Origin: Mytilus californianus
Lineage: Eukaryota
DNA length: 64,000 nucleotides
Reading direction: 5' to 3'
Assembly: GCF_021869535.1 (NCBI RefSeq)
Contig: NW_026262581.1
Coordinates: 97,588,001 to 97,652,000, forward strand
The stretch's first letter is position 1; the number at the start of each line of letters is the position of its first letter. The notes beneath the pieces were generated by a model. The model made no database searches. It was not told the origin of the DNA and was given only the letters and a program-made list of their open reading frames with translations. Shown here one piece after another: positions 41,901-50,100 of the stretch. The position numbers and the translations under genes were made by a program.

Positions 41901-44900
41901 AATACATATACTTGATCAATATATAGAACAAGACAGTCGAGGCTATCTCTATCATAGTGCATACATGTATGTTAAATTGTTCAGAAAACAACCAACCATC
42001 AAACAAAATCAATAGGTATCTTATAAGATTAATGTCTGGAAATGATGATGCTAAACAAAAAGTAAAAAATGTGAAATGAAATGAAATACAAGTTTAAAGA
42101 TTTGTGTACAGATTCTGATAATAAATACATGTATGTACAAATTTGATTAGGGAATCCACACCTCAAGGACTAATCCCAAAAAGGATTACTCAAGGGCCAG
42201 TGTTTTTATTTCCCCAAAAAAGGTTCAAAGATAAGAAGATGTGGATCCTAGAAATGGATTCACAGTGTCAATTTATAAATTTACTTTTAGATAACCTACA
42301 TGTATATCTGTAAGTAACATTTATTTAATAAAACATTCTGTCATTAACCAGAGGAACATATCAATTAAAATGTGTTTTAATAAACACTAGTATCAAGTAA
42401 CAGGGTATGTACATGTAGGTAGGGAAAACCTAAACAAACATGCATGTACATTTTTTCTTCATCTTTTAGTCTGGAAAAGCTAGTAATAATTATTAAAGAA
42501 AAAAATTAAATGAGTTCCTCTGAAACGGATGTTAAATAATCTTAAATAAGCTTTATAATGGAGTCAGCATTGTTTTGAAATCAGAATATTCCATAAATAT
42601 ATTTAAATTGATATTTCACATGTTTCAGGAGCAGACATTCTTCCCTGGTCTATATAGCTTCATTGAAAGGAATCAGACACAGAAAGTTTGGGGAAATGAA
42701 ATTGAGAGTCACTGTGAATAATTCACACACATGCTAGACATAAAGAAATGGCCAGACACAGGCTCAGCTATAGAATCTGTATCAACTGGAAGCAACAGCA
42801 TTTGCATCAGAAAACTAAAAAGGATGTGAAAAACATGAAACATGCATTTGGAAATGTTCAGCCGCCAAACAAATAGATATGCCAGGAAATGCAAATTGTT
42901 TGCTAATATAAATGTCAGTGATGTCTGTACAAAAGCAAAGATATAAAAGCCTTTTTCATTTATACATGTAACAGTCATATACAATACAGATTTAAGACCA
43001 TCAGACAATCTTTAAATCTTTGGAAGCCACAGTACCTAGTCCAAGACATTCCATATTTTCAACTCGTTATGAAGACATATTTGACCAATCTGGTTTCCAT
43101 TTATAGAAGTTTAAAAATAAGTTCTACATGTACATGACATGATGATCACCAGCAATGAAGGTGGTATAGGATATAATATTCAAAGTAGAGAAGTATAAAG
43201 TGAATTTGAACCTCACACCATAATAGCATTCTGCACATTTTGGATCACATATGGATCAAGCTGTTGTACTTGTGAACTAAAAGATTGTTGCTTGGTTGTT
43301 GTCAGGTACATTGTACATGTTGACAGTGCTATACGTCTATTAAATAAAATGCAGTTCAGAACAGTTATATTTTAGTAATAGATAGATTTCTTCTGTCTTT
43401 ATTTGAACGGATAAACCAGATAATTACAAAAAAAATTTCTGACAACTATGTCTGTTCTGGAACTGAAGACTACCTTCACTTTTTGTATCTTCCTTGTTCA
43501 TTTTCCTCCAGATAAATTACTGACTATCATCACCATGAGGCTTATAACATGTATAAGTAGGCTTAATTCCTCCAAGGTCTCCAGTTATGTCCTGTCTGTG
43601 ACAAAAGTTTCAGAATACAAGACATGCAAGACATGAAATGCTAATCGGACAACAACATTTACTATTTATATGAAGTTTTATATTTCAGAGGGTAGAAATC
43701 ATGGATTTGTCATACTTAAAATCATAATCATGATAATGTATAAGGAATCCTTATGTTTAGAAGTTTCTGTCAAGACATATGTCCATTGTCCTTATTCCAT
43801 TTTCATTGTTCAGTGCTCCTTAAAAAACTACATGTGTAGTGATTTTATCAAGTGAATTTGTGGCATATTATAAGTAATACGATATTTGGTATACAAAGGT
43901 TTACATGTGTTGTCAGACGGGGTTCAACTTGTCTCTCAATTTTTTGTCGAGCCCCGGGTTCTCATTAAGGCGAGTCCTGGACTCATCATAATCAGTCTGG
44001 ACTCATCATTTTCAAAACTTGCGAGTCCCCAAGATGCATGAAAATTGTAAAATGTTGTATCAACTGAGCACATACATGTATATCACCATTTTATCACAAA
44101 AGTTAAAAAATAATCAAAATTTTGTGTAATTAGGGATAGTGATGCGGCGGCGTTAACTCACTTCTTAAAAGCTTAATATTGCAGAAGGTAGAAGATCTGG
44201 ATGCTTCATACTTTGTATATAGATGCCTTATGATATGAAGTTTCCGTCTGTCATATATGTCTATTGTCATTGACCTCATTTTCATGGTTCAGTGACTACT
44301 TGAAAAAAAAGTTCAGAATTTTTGTAATGTTAATTTCTCTCTTATTATGAGTAATTGGATAACTATATTTGGTATGTGCGTACCTTGCAAGGTCCTAATG
44401 CCTGTCAGACAGTTTTCATTTGACCTCGACCTCGTTTCATGGATCAGTGAATAAGGTTAAGTTTTCATGGTCAAGTCCATATCTCAGATACTATAAGCAA
44501 TAGGTCTACTATATTTGGCGTACATGTATGTAATGATTGTAAGGTGTACATGTCCAGCTGGCAGGTGTCATCTGACCTTGACCTCATTTTCATGGTTCAG
44601 TGGTACTAGTTTAGTTTTTGTGTTTTGGTCTGTTTTTCTAATACTGTATGCAGTAGGTCAACTATATTTGGTGTATGGAAATATTTTACAATGTACATAT
44701 CAGTCTGGCAATCAGTCTGGCAGGTATTATTTGACCTTGACCAAATTTTCACGGTTCATTGCTCAATGTTAAGCTTTTGTGTTTTGGTCTGTTTCTCTTA
44801 AACTTTAAGCAATATGTCAACTATATTTGGTGTAAGGAATGATTGTAAGGTGTATGCATGTATGAATGTCTGGTAGGTATCATCTGACCTTGACTTCATT

Positions 44901-47149
44901 TTCATGGTTCATTGGTCCATATGGAATTTCCATGGTTTGGTCTGTTTGTTTTATACTACAAGCAATAGGTCATCTATATTCTGTGTATGGAATGATTGTA
45001 TTAAAGGTGTACATGTATTTACGCCTTGGTTTATCTGACCTTGACCTCGTTTTCTTGGATCATAAATGTTAATGTGATACTTGTAGTAAAACTTTATAAG
45101 TAGGACTATCAACATAAAATCAATGGTCAGTATAGTAGGCGAGACATTTCAGCGTGTGCACTCTTGTTTCAACTTATAAGTCTACAGATATCTAAATAAA
45201 AAAATAAGGTATATACATTAGGTAAAAATAAAATCAAACAAAAGACGGTGTTCATGTGACCCCAACCTCATTTTACCCATCAGTGATTAAGGTTATTTTT
45301 TTTGTGCAAATTAATATATATTGTGGTTAATTCCATTTCTCAGATTCTACACAATGTATATAAAGCAGTAGGTCAAAGTTTACATATGAACAAGAAGAGA
45401 TACTATACATGAAACGTTTATATATATGTTAATGATGATGGATAGCTGCTTACAGTCCAGTGGCAAATTAATATGCATATTCAGGACAAGAATATGTTTA
45501 TGTGATGTGAATAATAACCCTGCTTTGTTATAGACCGACAGCATTTAAAATAGCAAAAAATAACTAAATGACATCTAGAATGAAACCTACATGTATATAT
45601 AAGGCTTCAATAGAAGGAAAGGCAATTGTCTATGCAATATGTCAAGCTCTACTCTTTAATGTGTCTATAAAAGTAGTGAATAAATTCAGAAGAAATATCT
45701 TGTTCATTGTGTCTGTGATAATCATTCATGTACATGTACATCACATCACTGCATGTACAAAAATGTACCACATCTATTTTATATAGATCTGTCATATGCA
45801 TTTAATACACAATTCTGAAAATAAAAAAATAAAAACTATAGGCCATGCAACATGTACTACAAGTATACAACAGGGTTTATACTTGGTACAGGCACATGAA
45901 ATGTGATTGAATGTAATGAAATAGTTTTTGTGTCACCTGAGACCATTGTTGCAAAATGTGACACTTAGGGATTACAATCAGCATAATTGTGCAGCAGCAT
46001 AAACTATTTGAATAAAGTTTGATATTTCAGAAGATAGATGACCTGGATGTTTTATACCTTGTACACAGATACATTTTTGTGTACCTTATATGTGTAGTCA
46101 CTAAGTTTCTGTCCAACAAATGTCCATTGTCCTTGACCTAATTTTTATGGTTCAGTGACTGCTTGATTAAAAATTATGCTTTTTTTTCTCATTTGAAATT
46201 TTCACTTTACAAATGTATTATCTCAGATTCTATAAGCAATAGGTCAACTATATTTGGTGTATAGAATAATTGTTAGATGTACATGTGCATTTTGGACTAG
46301 CAGTTTTTATCGAACCTTGACCTCTTTTTCATGGTTCATTCTTTAGTTGTTGTGGTTAAGTCTATTTCTCAAACTAGCAATAAGGCCTCTACATTTGGTG
46401 TATGGAATGATTTTAAGGTGAACATGTCCAACACAGGCATTTTTTTCTGACCTTGACCTTTTTCATGATTTATTATTTGTGATTTTGGTCTATTTTGCAG
46501 ACACTTTGAAGCAATAGGGCCACTATATTCTGCATATGACTTCTGCAGCCCTTCTATGTCAAGTATATATTGATCTTAAAAAATGACAGGTTATTGATAA
46601 TTTAGTTTATTGCTTTCAAATTTAAAATTTGATTAAAAGGTAAAAAAAGCTAGAATTTTCATTTTGGACTAAGGGAGCTACCATTTGATTTTTATGGGGG
46701 GGGGGGGGGGGGGCTAGGATGAAAAATTTTGTCCTGCATTTTTTTTAGTTGTAATATCTGTCCTGCCTTTTTATTTTTCACTCTATTCGGTCCTGCCTTT
46801 TTTTTAAGTTTATCCTTTTTTTTTTTTACCTAAATTGTCATCCTGAGGCCTTAAAAAAGAATAGGGTTTGTTTGCCCTAACCCTATCTACCCATATAATA
46901 GCTGCCTACTCAAAATCTTTTATTGTTCTGATGTGAAATTTTTTTTTTTTTAATCAGATAGGCATGAAGACTAAAAATCATCTGACACTTCAATTACTCT
47001 TTAGAGAAAAAAAAGAAAATGCCTACCTACCTACCCACTGTCTCTACCTTTGGGTAGGGTTTGGGCAAACCAAAATATTTTTAAGTGTGGCTTGACTTTT
47101 TTTTTTGCAAGTGTCTCATCCTGCCTATTTTTTTCAAATTTCATCCTAG

Positions 47150-47180
<31 letters not shown>

Positions 47181-50100
47181 ATCAAATGGTAGCTCCCTAT
47201 ACAACTTTTTTCAAATTAACTTGGATTTTAATAAAACTCTACAGCTATCTCAATCATATATTGATCTTACAAAATGCAAGGTTATTTGGAAGTCAGGTTT
47301 ATTGGTAACTGTAAATGTAAGGATTTATTTAAAAGGTAAAAAAGCAAGAATTTTCAGTTCGAGCTAAATTCGCAGCTATCTAAATCATATATTGATATTA
47401 CAAAATGCCTGGTTATTAGTCCCCTACCGTCAAAGTCAAAGGGGACTTTAGGTTTGCACTCTGTCCGTCTGTCTGTCTGTCCATCTGTCAGTCTGGCAAA
47501 TCAGTTTTCCACACTTTTTTTCTTCGTTCTTGAAGATATTGATTTGGTTTTTGGTGTATTGTTTTATCATGACAAGTTACAGATCATGTTCGAATTTTAT
47601 TTATCAATTATTATGTCAATGATAGACTAGGATTGGTTTTTTGTATATATGTATCTGCTTCAGCATGGGAATTGTTTAGGAAATACACATGTATTTAAAT
47701 ATATAGCCTACTACCTAAGATTTTTTTCTTACTAGATATAAAATAAAAGAGCCACCCCCCCCCCCCCCCCCCCCTGGATCCGCCACTGACAGTGCTATAG
47801 TGTACAGTTTAAAAGTGTTTACTGAATACTGTACTCTTTAATTTCCACGATTACGATCCGACCTCAAGTCATAAAGCATATGAGGCACATCTGAAAACTT
47901 TGACAAACGTCACATATTTCAAAAATTCATGGCTATAGTTACAATATGACGACGAAAGAGATTTAAAAACTATTTCCAAACGATTAACAATCGAAACGAT
48001 AAATTTTAAGTCCCATTGTTTTTATTTTTGGATACCCTCGGGACCTTTCAATGAACCTCATTCAAGTAAATATGTTCCGCGTGCGCTGTTCAGATTGGAT
48101 AACTAGAATTCTGATTGGTTGAAAAAGTCACATGCAAAATCCTTCAGAAGTGAAACCTTATACGGGTAGTTGTTAGATCTTCGTATGTAGTATAACGTAG
48201 TATAACGAAATCCGAGATCTATATTTTAATTAGATTGTATCACCAACCAAGCAGACAGTGAACTTCTCCAGAAAGACTTATCAGCATTGGAAGACTGGGA
48301 AAACAAATGGCAGATGAGTTTCAATGCCAAAAAATGCCTTGTCATTAGAATATCACCAAAAAATCGACCAGTGATACAAACATCATACCAACTACACGGT
48401 CATACTCTAGACACAGTGGAAGCGAGCAAATATCTTGGAGTAACCATCAGCAACAACCTAACCAGGGACAAACACATAGACAATACAGTAGGCAAAGGTA
48501 ATAGAACGTTGGGATTTATACGTAGAAATCTCAAAGGCTGTACAAAACCTGTAAAGGCAGCTGCATACGTATCCATGGTAAGACCTGCAGTGGAATATGC
48601 ATGCACAGTATGGGACCCAACAACCCAAAATAAAATCAAGGCAATTGAACAGGTACAGAAAAGAGCAGCACGATTTGTGAATAACAACTACACAGACCGA
48701 ACACCTGGCTGTGTCACAAATATGGTCAAAAATCTAAAATGGGAAAGCTTAGAAGAACGGAGGAAAACAAACAGACTATGCATGCTATTCAAGATCCAGC
48801 ATGATCTTATAGACATAGACCGTCACCAATATTTAACTCCAAATGATAACCGGACCAGAGGTAAAAACCGCTTCTACCAAGAAAGAACAAGTACAGACGC
48901 CTACGGCCAATCTTTCTTCCCGAGGACCATCAGGGATTGGAACAACTTACCAACATCAGTTTCATCGGCCAACACCGTTGAGGGATTCAGAGCTGCCCTT
49001 AAGGCATGCTCTGAAAGGAAGTAGGAAACACCAGTTGTACATAATTTTAATTGTATAATATTGCGAACGTTTTAAATGTAATTTGTAAATAGCCAAGAGA
49101 GAACTTTCTGTGTTGCCTGACACTGCGTAAAGTTTTCGCGCGGAACCAATAACATTCAGTTTTGAATCCGGTTCCTTACCTGGAAGAAGAAGAAGAAGAA
49201 CATAAAAAAATAAATATACCATAATTGTTGTATCCATACAGCTTTACCGACATACTAATACCATTATTCCACGTCTGAGGATAAAACCGTATCTTTGATG
49301 TGTAGATTGGCGCAACAAGGTCGTTGTAAACGATGCCGTTGTTATCAGTATTACCGGAAAACCCATTTGATGGATATGATAGAGTAACCTGGAATGTATG
49401 TTAACGTATTTTTCTCATTTGGTATACAAATAAAGTAGGAATAAACTTTAAAATAATTTCAATTAATAAAGATATCTAATTTGTTCACTATTTTTTTCAT
49501 TTATTTGTAATTAAATCTCTGTCGTTAGCCCGGACAAAATATCACTTTTTGCCAAATATGTTAAAATAAAATGATACTGAACAGTTGAATTTATCATCAA
49601 CCAATCAAATAATATTATAGAAGAGATATTTTAAACTTTTCCACGTCTTTTGATTGGATCCTGGTCTAATTTCTGCTTCGATTAATATTTTCAAAACGAA
49701 ACCAACATGGACTAATGTTGAATATGATTATTGGTTTTCGTATCATAAAAAAAATGAAATTATGTTTGATTTGTTTTTGTGTTTGTTTTTTCTCTCTTTC
49801 TATTTTTTCCCCATAGATTTCACCGGAATATGTTAAACTGAGAAATTTGAAATAGGATATTCTAAGACCACTTCTTTATTTAAAATATGATATTCTATAT
49901 AAGACTAAATCTTTATCGAAGTTCACTTGTTTCATACCCATGCTGAACTTGTGTCGTTGTAATATTGGATTTTAAACGTCTTAATCCACATATTATAGGA
50001 CTGATGTCCTCTAGTGGCGACTCGAGTAATCCATTTGGGTGAAGATAATGAAGCTTGTAACCACTGGTCTGTGTTGAAATAATATGCCCGCCAGGAAATA

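Larger units (their letters stand above)
39998..48237. mobile_element. 8240-bp non-autonomous DNA transposon with long TIRs and 10-bp TSD; AcademH-like
   Basis: TIR YAATCTAATTAAAATATAGATCTCGGATTTCGTTATACTACG..., about 75 bp nearly perfect with similarity to about 95 bp. TSD TATCACCAAC at 39988-39997 and 48238-48247. Confidence 0.9.
39008..49200 (+). mobile_element. 5'-truncated CR1-group LINE (reverse transcriptase), split into 39008-39997 and 48238-49200 by an 8.24-kb insertion
   Basis: RT motifs YRPVSLTS, QHGFR, LDFAKAFDKVPH (after a 1-bp frameshift near 39665), GVPQGTVLGPLLF, FADD. The frame rejoins as ...RTITN|QADSELLQKDL... once the insertion and one TSD are removed. (GAA)n tail ends at 49200. 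Confidence 0.92.

Noticed and set aside
42620-43640. Possible further helicase or transposase exon remnants inside the 8.24-kb element
   Set aside because: Some Cys-rich and coding-like stretches, but I could not identify a diagnostic motif (DEAH, ATxAxGMG, DDE) by eye.
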